Below, in pieces: positions 8,323 through 17,175 of a stretch of DNA of 64,000 bases. Numbering within the stretch: position 1 is the stretch's first letter; every line of letters starts with the position of its first letter. This DNA comes from Acidimicrobiaceae bacterium. Lineage in GTDB: Bacteria > Actinomycetota > Acidimicrobiia > Acidimicrobiales > JAUTXP01. Location of the stretch: assembly GCA_030837965.1 (NCBI GenBank), contig JAUTXP010000051.1, forward strand, positions 21,485 to 85,484. The letters are read 5' to 3'. The notes under the pieces were generated by a model that worked only from the letters and a program-made list of their open reading frames with translations, was not told where the DNA came from and made no database searches. A program made the translations under genes and the position numbers.

Positions 8323-10593
8323 TCAAACCAGCATCGTCGCCTGCTGCCCGGCCGCCGGACGGAGCCGCAGGGAGAAGGTCGCGCCGTGGCCGGGCGTGTC
8401 CGAAAGCGTCAGCGTCCCGTTCATGGCGTGGGCCAGCTCCCTGGCGATGTACAGCCCCAGGCCGGTCCCCGCCTGCCGGTTGCTGCGGTCCAGCCGCTCG
8501 AAGCGCTCGAACACCCGCGCCGCCGCTTCGGGGGGGATGCCCGCGCCATGGTCGGCCACGCACAGCTCGACCGCGTCGCCGTCCATGCGCACCGTCAGCT
8601 CGATGGGCTCGGTACCCGTCGCGTACTTCAGCGCGTTGGACAGGAGGTTGGACAGGATCTGCTCGATCCACAGCTCGCTACCCAGAGCGAGGCAGGAGCG
8701 TTGCGGCAACGACATCTCGATGTCGCGGTCTCCCCACGCGTCCCTGAACTCGCGCACCACTCGTTGGGTCAGCTCGCACACCTCGACCGACGAGTTGCGC
8801 ACGTCGACCACCCGGCTCTCGATGCGCGACACCTCGAGGAGGTTCAAGATCAGCCGCTCCAACCGTTGGGCCGATCGCAGGATCGACTCGACCGCCGTCC
8901 GGCGCGTCTCGCTGCTCATGCGGTCGCCGCCTTCGAGCAGGGTGGTGGCGAAGCCCTTGATGGGCGTGAGCGGGGTGCGCAGCTCGTGGGAGACGGTGGC
9001 CACGAACTCCTCCTTGAGCCGCTCCAACTCGCGCACCTTGGTCACGTCGCGGCCCACGACGACGAGCAGAGGCGGCCGGTCGTCGCCCGCGGGGACGCGG
9101 GTGTAGGAGCAGAACAGCCAGCGCAGTTCGCCCGTGCTGGTCAAGACCTGCACGTCGTTCGGCAGGTCCGCGTTGTTGGTGTCGGCGTCTTCGGCCCAGC
9201 GCTCGAACAGCACGTCGCTGCCCGCCGCGTCCCTGGGCCGCAGCACTCCCAGGTGGCTGGTGCCGATCATCTCCGAGGCCGGATAGCCGGTGAGCTGTTC
9301 GAGGGCCGCGTTCCAGCTCTCGACCACGCCCGCGGGGTCGAGCGTGAAGATGCCGTCGGACGTGTTGTCCACGATCTCGGACAGCTTGCGCCGCTCTTCG
9401 AGGATGGTGGCCAGCAGCTCGGCCTTGTGGAGCGCGCCCGCCACCTCGTTGGCCAGCGCTTCGAGCACGGCCAGCTCGCCTTCCTCGAAGCCTTCGAGCC
9501 CGCCCCGGTTGTAGGTGCAGAGCACGCCGATCAGCCGGGCCCCGGAGCGCACGGGGGCGGCGGCACAGTCGCGCCATCCGGCTTGGGCCAGGACGGCGGC
9601 GAGGGGGGTGGCGGGGTCGGCCGTGGTGAGGCGCACGGCGCGGCCCGCGTGGATGAGGGCGGCACCGAGGGGGTGCTCGCCCTCCAGGATGCGGTGGCCC
9701 TCCTCATCGGCCCGGTGGGTCTCATGGCCTTCGGGCGAGACGAGGACCAGCTCGGCGCACTCGGCCTCGAAGCAGGTGCGCACCTCGGCCAAGAAGTTGC
9801 CCACCGCCTCGCGTGGGTCGATGGGCTGGGCCAACACGTGGGTGGCCGAGTGCAGCCCGGCCAGTCGGGTGCGGTCGGCGAGGGCGGTGGCATAGCCCCG
9901 GCTGCCCCAGTGGAGCAGGACGAGGGGGACGAAGAACAACAAGATGGCGAGGGGCGAGCGGAGGAAGGCGGACACGAACAGCACGCCGAACACCGTGTTC
10001 ACGGCCCAGCCGCCCAGCCAGCCGGTGACGATGAGCGAGACCATGCCGCCCATCACGTCGACCATGCGTCGGCCTTGGGCCAGGCTGAGGACGAAGGCCA
10101 GGGACAGGTGGTTGGTGACACCGACCACGACCATGGCCGCCACCAGGGCGACGAAGTTGCGGGGGTTGAGATCGGTGCCCGAGCGGATGCTGGTGAAGGT
10201 CAGCGCCCCCAAGCCGGTAGCCGCCATCCACTGGGCCGTGTTGAAGATGGCCTTCAGGGGCTGGTTGCGATGGATGGCGCCGACGATGGTCTTGCTCAGG
10301 CCCGCGAGGACCACGACGAGCACGGGCGGGAGCACGAAGAGGGCGGGCGATAGGACCGCTTCGAACAGGTCGAGGGCGTAGACCTCGCGGCCGTACTGGT
10401 AGCGGATGATGAGGTAGCCCGCGGCCACGAGCAGGGCCAGGAATCCCGGGACCTGTAGCCAGGGGACGGGTCGGTCCCAGCCTGCCGCGGCAGTGGCGCC
10501 AATGCCTGCGGCCCCGCCCACGAGGAGCAGGGCCGTAGCCAGTGCCGCTATGCGGCGTTCGTTGTGCACGTGTGGCCTATTCCCAGGCGCCAT
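8323..10593 (-). CDS. membrane sensor histidine kinase (multi-TM N-terminus, GAF-like, PAS, HisKA, HATPase_c)
   Basis: H-box SHELRTPL, G-box GTGLGL, and a PAS-like region (SEIVDNTSDGIFTLDPAGVVESWN). The start is uncertain. The track start 10725 reads the protease repeat in another frame. I prefer ATG 10593 or GTG 10569. Confidence 0.8.
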   Translation of the reverse strand: MAPGNRPHVHNERRIAALATALLLVGGAAGIGATAAAGWDRPVPWLQVPGFLALLVAAGYLIIRYQYGREVYALDLFEAVLSPALFVLPPVLVVVLAGLSKTIVGAIHRNQPLKAIFNTAQWMAATGLGALTFTSIRSGTDLNPRNFVALVAAMVVVGVTNHLSLAFVLSLAQGRRMVDVMGGMVSLIVTGWLGGWAVNTVFGVLFVSAFLRSPLAILLFFVPLVLLHWGSRGYATALADRTRLAGLHSATHVLAQPIDPREAVGNFLAEVRTCFEAECAELVLVSPEGHETHRADEEGHRILEGEHPLGAALIHAGRAVRLTTADPATPLAAVLAQAGWRDCAAAPVRSGARLIGVLCTYNRGGLEGFEEGELAVLEALANEVAGALHKAELLATILEERRKLSEIVDNTSDGIFTLDPAGVVESWNAALEQLTGYPASEMIGTSHLGVLRPRDAAGSDVLFERWAEDADTNNADLPNDVQVLTSTGELRWLFCSYTRVPAGDDRPPLLVVVGRDVTKVRELERLKEEFVATVSHELRTPLTPIKGFATTLLEGGDRMSSETRRTAVESILRSAQRLERLILNLLEVSRIESRVVDVRNSSVEVCELTQRVVREFRDAWGDRDIEMSLPQRSCLALGSELWIEQILSNLLSNALKYATGTEPIELTVRMDGDAVELCVADHGAGIPPEAAARVFERFERLDRSNRQAGTGLGLYIARELAHAMNGTLTLSDTPGHGATFSLRLRPAAGQQATMLV

Positions 10594-12361
10594 ACCAGGC
10601 CGAGCCGTACCAGTTGCCGCCATACCAGTTGCCGCCTTCCGGCTGACCGTACCAATTGCCTCCGTACCAGTTCCCCCCGTACCAGTTGCCGCCGTACCAG
10701 TTGCCGCCGTACCAGTTGCCGCCATACCAGTTGCCGCCGGTCCAGTCGGCGAACAGGGCGAGCGGATTCCAGAGCAGGAGCTGGAGGGTCATCTGACCGG
10801 TGACGACCGTGCGCATGGGGTCGTCGGCCGACACGTACACCGTGCCCCGACTGGCGTCGATGGTGCCGGTGCCGCTGCTCGGCTCCGTCCCCACGTTGGC
10901 CAGGCCGGGCGGGGCATTGAGGGCGCCGTTGAAGGCGTCGAGCAGGCCTGCGCCCACAGCCATGCGGTCGGTGGAGGCCACGGCCCGGGCCGTGGAGGTG
11001 AAGGCGTACTTGACCCGGTCGGGCGTGGCCGTGGGGCTGGCCTGCACGGCCAGGGCGGCGGCACCGGACACGACGCCGGCCGAGAACGACGTGCCCGAGC
11101 CCTTGCGGTACGAGCCGTCCACGTAGTTCGGGAACTGCTCGTCCACTGCGCTGCCCGGCGAGCGCAGCGACACCACGTGGGCGCCGGGGGCGACCAGGTC
11201 GGGCTTGGCCAGGCCGTCGGCCGCGGTCGGGCCGCGGGAGGTGAAGTTGGGCAGGAGGTCGTCGTTGAGGCCGTTGGTGCCCCGGTCGTCGATGGCGCCG
11301 ACGGTGATGACGAACGGGTCGTCGCCGGGCTTGGCGATGGTGGACGGGTCGGGGCCGCGGTTGCTGGCCGAGACGACGACGACGATGCCGCTGCGCCAGG
11401 CCTTCTCCACGGCGTAGTCGAGCGGGTCGACGCGATAGCTCTGGGTCGAGTCGGTGCCCAGGCTGAGGTTCAGGACCTTGATGCCGTAGCGGTCCTTGAA
11501 CGAGACCACCCACTGGATGGCGGCCAGGACGTTGCTCACGTCGGCCGCACCGCTGCGGCCCGCGATCTTGACCGACAAGATGTTGGCCTCAGGGGCTACG
11601 CCCTTGTAGGCGCCGTTGCTGGCCGCGCCGTTGCCCGCGATGACGCCCGCCACGAACGTGCCGTGGCCGAAGCTGTCGTCACAGGTCGACTCGCCGCTCA
11701 TGTTCTGGCACGCGGTCACTGCGCCGCTGATGTCGTCGGTCACCGGCAGGATGCGTCCGGCCAGGTCGCTGACGCCCGACACGCCCGTGTCGATCAGGGC
11801 CACGGTCACGCCCCGGCCGCTGTAGCCCGCCGAGTTCAGCGAGTCGGCCCGGACGGCCTTGCGGTACACCGACTTGGGCGTGGTCGGATTGCTGGTGCCC
11901 GAGCCCTGGACGGTCATCACCCGGTCGAGGCTGATGGCCCGGACCTCGGGGTTGGCAGCCAGGTCGGGGATGGCGGCCGCGGGCAGCGTGGCCGCGAAGC
12001 CGTCGATGATGGGCAGGTCGTGGGTGACGTGGCCGCCCACGTTGGCGACGGTCTGCTCCGGGGTCGTGGGTCCGGAGGACGGGGCGGGGGTGGCGGGCTG
12101 GGTGCCGGCGGTGGGCTGGGTGGCGGTGGGCTGGGTGGTGGCGGCGGGCTGGTGGTGCTTTTGGACGATGACCTTGACCACACCGTGGCGCAGGTTGGTC
12201 AGGGCGCTGTCGACGGCGGCGGCGGCGGTGGCGGTGGCGGCCCGGGGGGCGAGCGCAGACCGCTCACCGCCTTGGGCGGGCAGGGCCAGCGAGGCGATGG
12301 CCAAGGCTGCGGCCGCCACCACTGCGAGGGTTCGGCGCGAGAGGGAGATGGCCCCGGTCAT
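10577..12361 (-). CDS. secreted S8 (subtilisin-like) serine peptidase with I9-type propeptide and C-terminal GGNWY repeats
   Basis: Signal peptide and the catalytic triad motifs DTGV, HGTFVAG and GTSFSAG. The C-terminus is (GGNWY)x6-GQPE-(GGNWY)x2-GSAWYGAWE. Confidence 0.85.
   Translation of the reverse strand: MTGAISLSRRTLAVVAAAALAIASLALPAQGGERSALAPRAATATAAAAVDSALTNLRHGVVKVIVQKHHQPAATTQPTATQPTAGTQPATPAPSSGPTTPEQTVANVGGHVTHDLPIIDGFAATLPAAAIPDLAANPEVRAISLDRVMTVQGSGTSNPTTPKSVYRKAVRADSLNSAGYSGRGVTVALIDTGVSGVSDLAGRILPVTDDISGAVTACQNMSGESTCDDSFGHGTFVAGVIAGNGAASNGAYKGVAPEANILSVKIAGRSGAADVSNVLAAIQWVVSFKDRYGIKVLNLSLGTDSTQSYRVDPLDYAVEKAWRSGIVVVVSASNRGPDPSTIAKPGDDPFVITVGAIDDRGTNGLNDDLLPNFTSRGPTAADGLAKPDLVAPGAHVVSLRSPGSAVDEQFPNYVDGSYRKGSGTSFSAGVVSGAAALAVQASPTATPDRVKYAFTSTARAVASTDRMAVGAGLLDAFNGALNAPPGLANVGTEPSSGTGTIDASRGTVYVSADDPMRTVVTGQMTLQLLLWNPLALFADWTGGNWYGGNWYGGNWYGGNWYGGNWYGGNWYGQPEGGNWYGGNWYGSAWYGAWE
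10589..10738 (-). repeat. 15-nt tandem repeat (GGCGGCAACTGGTAC-like) encoding GGNWY pentapeptide repeats
   Basis: Six consecutive near-identical 15-nt units at 10649-10738, followed by two more and a degenerate unit down to 10589. Confidence 0.9.
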
Positions 12362-12555
12362 GCATCAAGTATCGGGAATCGCATCATGCACATCCATGGC
12401 CCGCATTGCTCAAAGCGAGAACCCCCTTTGTCACTAGTCCGATGTCGTTTGCGGGGCATGGCGGTGGGGCCGATCGGTTTGCCCGGGGAGGTATCGGGTG
12501 GTTCGTCGGCTGTTGTCCGACTTGGGCAGGCCGAGCCGGTCTGGGCTGGGATGCG

Positions 12556-14529
12556 TCAGTCGTAGGCCGCCTCTACTCGCCACGACCCGCCCTCGACGGC
12601 CAGCAGATACGCGGCCCCGGCTGCGGTCAAGGCCTGGAATCGGACCCGGCGACGATGAGCGTCCCCGTCCCACCAGCGCTCGTCCACCGGCCAGGGTCCG
12701 GCCCAGCCCGTGAGCTCGACCCAGCGTCCGCCCCCCACCGACAGCCGGGCGGGCGGGGCCGACAAGGCGTGTCGGCCGGTGATCGCCACCGGCGTGCCCG
12801 CGGCGTCGTGCACCTCGGCCCGCAGGGGTCGGGGGTACACGACGGTGGGGGCCGGGCCGGGCACGTGTCCGGGCCAGGGCGGGGCCAAGGCCTCGGCCGC
12901 CTGCGTGCGACGACGGAACCGACGGGCCCGGCGCGGTTTCGGCCCCGTCGGATCGGGTGTGTCGGGGCCGGGTGTGGGCGTGTCGGGGCCGGGTCCGGGG
13001 CCGGGTCCGGGTCCGGGTGTGTCGGTGCCGGGTCCGGGTGTGTCGGGGCCGGGTGTGTCGGGGCTGGCGGTGGGCGTGTCGGCCGTCGGCGTGTCGGCGG
13101 TGGGCGTGTCGGCCGTGGGCGTGTCGGCGGTGGGCGTGTCGGCTGGTGTGGTGGGCGGTGGCCGCCGACGGCGTCGTCGTGACCGGCCCGTGCTCTTGCG
13201 CTCGCCCGGACTGTCGCCCGGACTGTCGGCCGGGGCGGGCTTGGCGGGCTTGGGTCGACGGGCCGAGCCGGGCACCAGTGCCGCAGGCGGGAGGCGAGCG
13301 GGCTCGCGCACATCGCCCCAGGGGACGAGCGTGGCCTGCTCCATCGGGTCCCGACCGCCCGACAGCACGGCAGTGACCACGGCCTCGGGACCGAGGATGC
13401 CCTGCACCCTGGCCATGGCCCGGGCCGCCCGCTCGTCGCCCTCTCCCCCGCCCCAGAAGCCGGGTTGGCGCCCGTTGTCGGCCCACACCTCGTCCGGGAC
13501 CAGTCGCAGCAGGGTCAGCCCGCCCGTCGGGTCGGGCAGGTCGCCCTCCATCTCCCCGTCGCCGCTTCGGGCCGGACCGAGGACGGTTCCCGACAGCCAT
13601 CCGTCGAGCTGCCAGCGCACCCGCTCGGCCATGGCCGACGCGCTGAGCGCGCCGTGGTGGCGCCACAGCCGCCGCAGTCCTTCGCCGTGCTCGGTCTCGG
13701 CCTCGATGGCCAGGCGGGTGCAGGCCAGGCCTCGATCGGCCAGTCGGGCGTGCAGCTCGTCGGCCAAGGCCTTGCCCGCGAAGGCGGCGGTGTCGACCCG
13801 CTGGGCGGGCGGGTCCAGCTCGCACTGGACGATCAGGTCGGGTGGTGGCGACTTGAGCGCCAGCGGCCGCTCGTCCAGGCCCTGGGCCAGACGGTGGGCG
13901 GCCACGCCCTCGGCGCCGAACCGAGCCAGTACGTCCTCCACCGGCAACGCGGCCAACTGGCCGAGCGTCCTGATGCCCAGGCGCGTCAAGAGGTCGACCA
14001 GATCGGGCCGTTCGAGGACGAGCACCGGAAACGGGGCCAGGAACGCGCCGCTCTCCCCCGACGGCACGACGCGACCTTGGCGCGCGGCCAAGACGGCGGC
14101 GAACGGGCCGTCGGCGATCCCGGTCAGGCAGTGGTGGCCGGTCGTGCTCCCGACCGCGTCGGCCACCCGGGCGGCCAGGGCCTGGTCGCCGCCGAAGTAC
14201 CGCGACGGCCCCCGGGTGGGGGCCAGGCACACCCCGGGACGAAGGATCTCGACCCGGGGCGCGAACGCCTCCACCGCGGCCACCAGCGGTTCAAAGGCGC
14301 GCCCGTTCCTGGCCTGGTCGTGCTCGAGCATGACCAGGCCAGGGCAGCGGGCCTGCGCCTCCCGACGCCGCAGGCCGCGCTGCACCCCCTCCGCCCGAGC
14401 CGCGGCCGAGCAGGCCACGACCCGGTTGGCCTTGAACACGGCGGCCGCCACATCGGCCGCGATACCGGCCGCCGCCGTCGGCCAGTCCGGACACCAAAGG
14501 ACCAGGGTGCGCGTCGGGACCACGCACAC
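12556..14529 (-). CDS. imuB: ImuB, Y-family-polymerase-like mutasome protein
   Basis: 657-aa ORF. The N-terminus TRTLVLWCPDWP...VVACSAAARAEGVQRGLRRREAQARCP is typical of ImuB. It lies directly downstream of imuA' with a 3-nt gap. Confidence 0.85.
   Translation of the reverse strand: MCVVPTRTLVLWCPDWPTAAAGIAADVAAAVFKANRVVACSAAARAEGVQRGLRRREAQARCPGLVMLEHDQARNGRAFEPLVAAVEAFAPRVEILRPGVCLAPTRGPSRYFGGDQALAARVADAVGSTTGHHCLTGIADGPFAAVLAARQGRVVPSGESGAFLAPFPVLVLERPDLVDLLTRLGIRTLGQLAALPVEDVLARFGAEGVAAHRLAQGLDERPLALKSPPPDLIVQCELDPPAQRVDTAAFAGKALADELHARLADRGLACTRLAIEAETEHGEGLRRLWRHHGALSASAMAERVRWQLDGWLSGTVLGPARSGDGEMEGDLPDPTGGLTLLRLVPDEVWADNGRQPGFWGGGEGDERAARAMARVQGILGPEAVVTAVLSGGRDPMEQATLVPWGDVREPARLPPAALVPGSARRPKPAKPAPADSPGDSPGERKSTGRSRRRRRRPPPTTPADTPTADTPTADTPTADTPTADTPTASPDTPGPDTPGPGTDTPGPGPGPGPGPDTPTPGPDTPDPTGPKPRRARRFRRRTQAAEALAPPWPGHVPGPAPTVVYPRPLRAEVHDAAGTPVAITGRHALSAPPARLSVGGGRWVELTGWAGPWPVDERWWDGDAHRRRVRFQALTAAGAAYLLAVEGGSWRVEAAYD
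12951..13147 (-). repeat. in-frame low-complexity / tandem repeat tract inside imuB
   Basis: Five 15-nt units (GGCGTGTCGGCSGTS) at 13073-13147 encode (TPTAD)5. Adjacent GTGTCGGGGCCGGGT-like units encode DTPGP/GPGPGP. Confidence 0.85.
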
Positions 14530-14532
14530 CTC

Positions 14533-15252
14533 CTAGGCCGGGATCAACGCCGACTCCGACATCGGCCCGGCCGGAACGAGCCGGTGCACCACCGCTTGGG
14601 TCCCGGTGTCGGGCGTGGCATCGACCACAGCCTGGGTAAGGCCGGCGTGGTCAGGGGCGGCCTGGTCAGGGACGGCCTCGTCAGGGGCGGCCTCGTCTGG
14701 GGCCGACAGCCAGAGCCGGCCATGGCATGGTCGGGCCGCGGCGCCGCGGCCTTCCACGATCACAGGGACGAAGCGACCCTGGAGGTGGCCGTGCCCCGGG
14801 CCCACCCCGACCCATCGACTTGGCCCCGCCCTGATACGGATGTCGGCCCCGTGCCAGCCGTCGCCCATGGCCAGCAGGGCCGTACCCCGCTCGCGGGCCC
14901 TGGCTGCCAGTCTGCGGGCGTCGACCGCCCGGACCTTGGAGGAGTGGGTGCCGATGGCGACGACGTCGAACCCGTCGAGCAGGGCGGCGATGGTGCTCGG
15001 CCAGTCCCGCCCCGGGTCGGGGACCAGGGTGACGCGCTCCAAGGCGATGCCGATGTGGGCCGCGGCGACCAGGCCGAGCCAGGGCATGGCCGCCACCGCG
15101 CACCACGATCCGGCGGCCGAGGGGCCGGCGAGGAGGGCGAGGAGGACGGCCGTCGAGCCCGTGACGCCGACCGTCACTCCCCGCCGCAGCCCGCCCCCAG
15201 GAAGGAGCGGGCGGAGCGCGTCGAGGACGGGGAGCGTCCGCTCCTCGGCCAT
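14533..15252 (-). CDS. imuA': ImuA' (RecA-fold SOS mutasome accessory protein)
   Basis: MAEERTLPVLDALRPLLPGGGLRRGVTVGVTGS...GSWCAVAAMPWLGLVAAAHIGIALERVTLVPDPG resembles mycobacterial ImuA'. The start is moved to ATG 15252 because the track ORF (to 15540) would translate through the LexA box. Confidence 0.75.
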   Translation of the reverse strand: MAEERTLPVLDALRPLLPGGGLRRGVTVGVTGSTAVLLALLAGPSAAGSWCAVAAMPWLGLVAAAHIGIALERVTLVPDPGRDWPSTIAALLDGFDVVAIGTHSSKVRAVDARRLAARARERGTALLAMGDGWHGADIRIRAGPSRWVGVGPGHGHLQGRFVPVIVEGRGAAARPCHGRLWLSAPDEAAPDEAVPDQAAPDHAGLTQAVVDATPDTGTQAVVHRLVPAGPMSESALIPA

Positions 15253-15313
15253 GGTGACCGGGCGGTGCCGGTCGGCGAGCTCCTGGATGGCGTGTAGCAC
15301 GAGGGTCACTCTA

Positions 15314-15329
15314 TCGAACGTGTGTTCGA
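15314..15329. promoter_or_regulatory. LexA (SOS) box TCGAACGTGTGTTCGA
   Basis: Perfect TCGAAC-N4-GTTCGA palindrome 61 nt upstream of the imuA' ATG. Confidence 0.85.
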
Positions 15330-15347
15330 CTACGTCAAGGGTTTCTC

Positions 15348-15731
15348 GTCTGGAGGACATGCCCTGCGGGTTTGGGGGGTCTATGTCCTCCAGACCGCGA
15401 AGGGGGCGGGGGACGCGGCGGGCGCGGCGGGCGGGGAGGCGGCGGGGCCGGCGGGCGCGGCGGGCCAGCGGGGTTGCGCATTTGGGTATGGCTAGGGGCC
15501 GTTTTCCCGACAGAAGTGCGCCCAAATGCACAACCCCCACGGGGCTGGGCGGAAGCGCGGCCGGGGCGCGGAGCCGCAGGGCGCGGCGGGGGCGGTGAAA
15601 GTGGAAGGGCCCCCTGACCCTCCTCGTGCGCAGGAAGGATCAGGGGGCTCACGGGAAGCCGCTCCCGAACGGCTCAACCCAACTTCCACCTGTAGTACGT
15701 GTGACGCCCCTCGGTGTGTCGGGGTTTTTTT
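15348..15731 (+). ncRNA. candidate structured non-coding region (identity unknown)
   Basis: Gene-free 400 nt containing a 13-bp perfect hairpin (15348-15395) and a 17-bp hairpin with one mismatch (15470-15537). A branched structure closed by GTGGAAG/CTTCCAC (15601-15689) contains a 9-bp GCCCCCTGA/TCAGGGGGC helix. The region ends CCCC-N10-GGGG-TTTTTTT (15707-15731). No known RNA family was recognised. Confidence 0.3.
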
Positions 15732-15750
15732 GCGACTTCCGCCACAGCCC

Positions 15751-17175
15751 TCAGGCCAGGGCCGACTCCGAACGCCGGTCCGTCAACCCGCCTGCCGACC
15801 CGCCGGGCAACCCGCCCGCGGCCGCCGACCCGGCTGCGCCTGCGGCCTCGACCTCGACGGCAACCTCGACGGCGGCCTCGACGGCAACCCCAACCTCGGC
15901 CCCAACCTCGGCCCCGGCCTCGCTTCCGGGCATCGATACAGCCTCAGCCAACGCCCGCCTGCGCCGGGACCGCAGCAGCGACGACGATGCCAGCGCCGCC
16001 CCCACCAGACACGCCACCCCGCCCAGCACCAGGCTGGCCCGCGGCCCCCAGGTCTGGGCCACCCAGCCCACGATGGGCCCGCCGATCGGCGTCGAACCCA
16101 GGAACACCAACACGTACAGCGCCATGACCCGGCCCCGCATCTCGGGACTGGAGTTGAGCTGGAGCGTCGAGTTGGCCGTGGCCATGAACGTGATGCTGGC
16201 CGCCCCGAAGAACGGCATCACGGCCAGTTCCAGACCCAGCGTCGGCACGCCCGCGGCCACCAGCATGAGCAGGCCGAACACCACGGACGCGCCCACCAGT
16301 AGCCGGCTCGTCGGCCTGCTCCTGGCCGCGGTGGCCAAGGCGCCGACCATCGACCCCAGCCCCATGCACGAGGTCAGCAGCCCGAACGTCCCCGCCCCTT
16401 TGTGAAAGGCGTAGCGGGCCATCAGCGGCATGGTGATCGAGAAGTTCAAGGCGAACGTGCCGACCAGCGCGACCAGCAACAGCGTCGAGCGCAGAGTGTC
16501 GTTCTGCCACACGTACCGCAGCCCCTCACGCGCCTGGCCCTTGGCCCGACCGACCGGCGCGCCCCGCACCAACTCGGCCGGCCGCATGGCGAGGAGGCCG
16601 AAGATCACGGCCACGAACGACACCGAGTTCAGCGCGAACGCAGGCCAGATGCCCACGCCCACGATCAAGGCGCCCGCCAGCGCCGGGCCCACGACCCTGG
16701 CCGCGTTGAACATGGCGCTGTTGAGGGCCACCGCGTTGGCCACCTCGACCGGGCCGACCAGCTCGGTGATGAAGGCCTGACGCGTCGGGCTGTCGACCAT
16801 GTTGGCCGTGCCCAGCAGCACCGCGCACACATAGACCATCCACAGCTCGACGATGCCGAGCGCGGTCACGGTCGCCAGCACGGCGGCCACGATGCCCATC
16901 GCCGTCTGGGTCATGACCAGCGCCTTGCGCTTGTCCACCCGGTCGGCCAGCACCCCGCCCCACACGCCGAACAGCAGGATGGGCAGGAACTGCAACGCCG
17001 TCACCACGCCCAGGGCCACGCCGCTGCCGGTCAGCTTCAACACCAGCCAGGCCTGGGCCACCGACTGCATCCACGTGCCAGACATGGAGATGAGCTGGCC
17101 GAAGAAGAACAACCGGTAGTTGCGCACCTGCAAGGACCGGAACATGCGCCCGGACACGGCCTTGACGCGGGTCAC
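15751..17175 (-). CDS. MFS transporter (MFS_3/EntS-like) with low-complexity C-terminal tail
   Basis: 474-aa 12-TM-type ORF (FRSLQVRNYRLFFFGQLISMSGTWMQ...LADRVDKRK). Its GTG start overlaps the marR stop as GTGA. Confidence 0.85.
   Translation of the reverse strand: MTRVKAVSGRMFRSLQVRNYRLFFFGQLISMSGTWMQSVAQAWLVLKLTGSGVALGVVTALQFLPILLFGVWGGVLADRVDKRKALVMTQTAMGIVAAVLATVTALGIVELWMVYVCAVLLGTANMVDSPTRQAFITELVGPVEVANAVALNSAMFNAARVVGPALAGALIVGVGIWPAFALNSVSFVAVIFGLLAMRPAELVRGAPVGRAKGQAREGLRYVWQNDTLRSTLLLVALVGTFALNFSITMPLMARYAFHKGAGTFGLLTSCMGLGSMVGALATAARSRPTSRLLVGASVVFGLLMLVAAGVPTLGLELAVMPFFGAASITFMATANSTLQLNSSPEMRGRVMALYVLVFLGSTPIGGPIVGWVAQTWGPRASLVLGGVACLVGAALASSSLLRSRRRRALAEAVSMPGSEAGAEVGAEVGVAVEAAVEVAVEVEAAGAAGSAAAGGLPGGSAGGLTDRRSESALA

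Noticed and set aside
10594-10725. N-terminal extension of the histidine kinase (MAATGTAATGTAATGTGGTGT...)
   Set aside because: It is the GGNWY-coding 15-nt repeat of the upstream protease read in another frame, so it is not an independent coding signal.
14533-15540. Full 335-aa version of the imuA' ORF
   Set aside because: The extension would translate straight through the perfect LexA box (codons VEHTFD) and the 13-bp hairpin. The conserved ImuA'-like sequence begins at MAEERT (15252).
15359-15598. GGAGG-AC-ATG followed by an 80-codon Arg-rich frame
   Set aside because: The SD-start spacing is only 2 nt. The product is poly-Arg/Gly low complexity derived from the G-rich tract, and it sits inside the 13-bp hairpin.
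15348-15731. Assignment to RNase P RNA, tmRNA, SRP RNA or 6S/Ms1
   Set aside because: Isolated strings (GGTGAAA, ACAGAA) occur but in the wrong order for RNase P. There is no GAGGAAAGTCC, no tRNA-like CCA end and no GGAAGCAGC SRP motif. The identity is left open.
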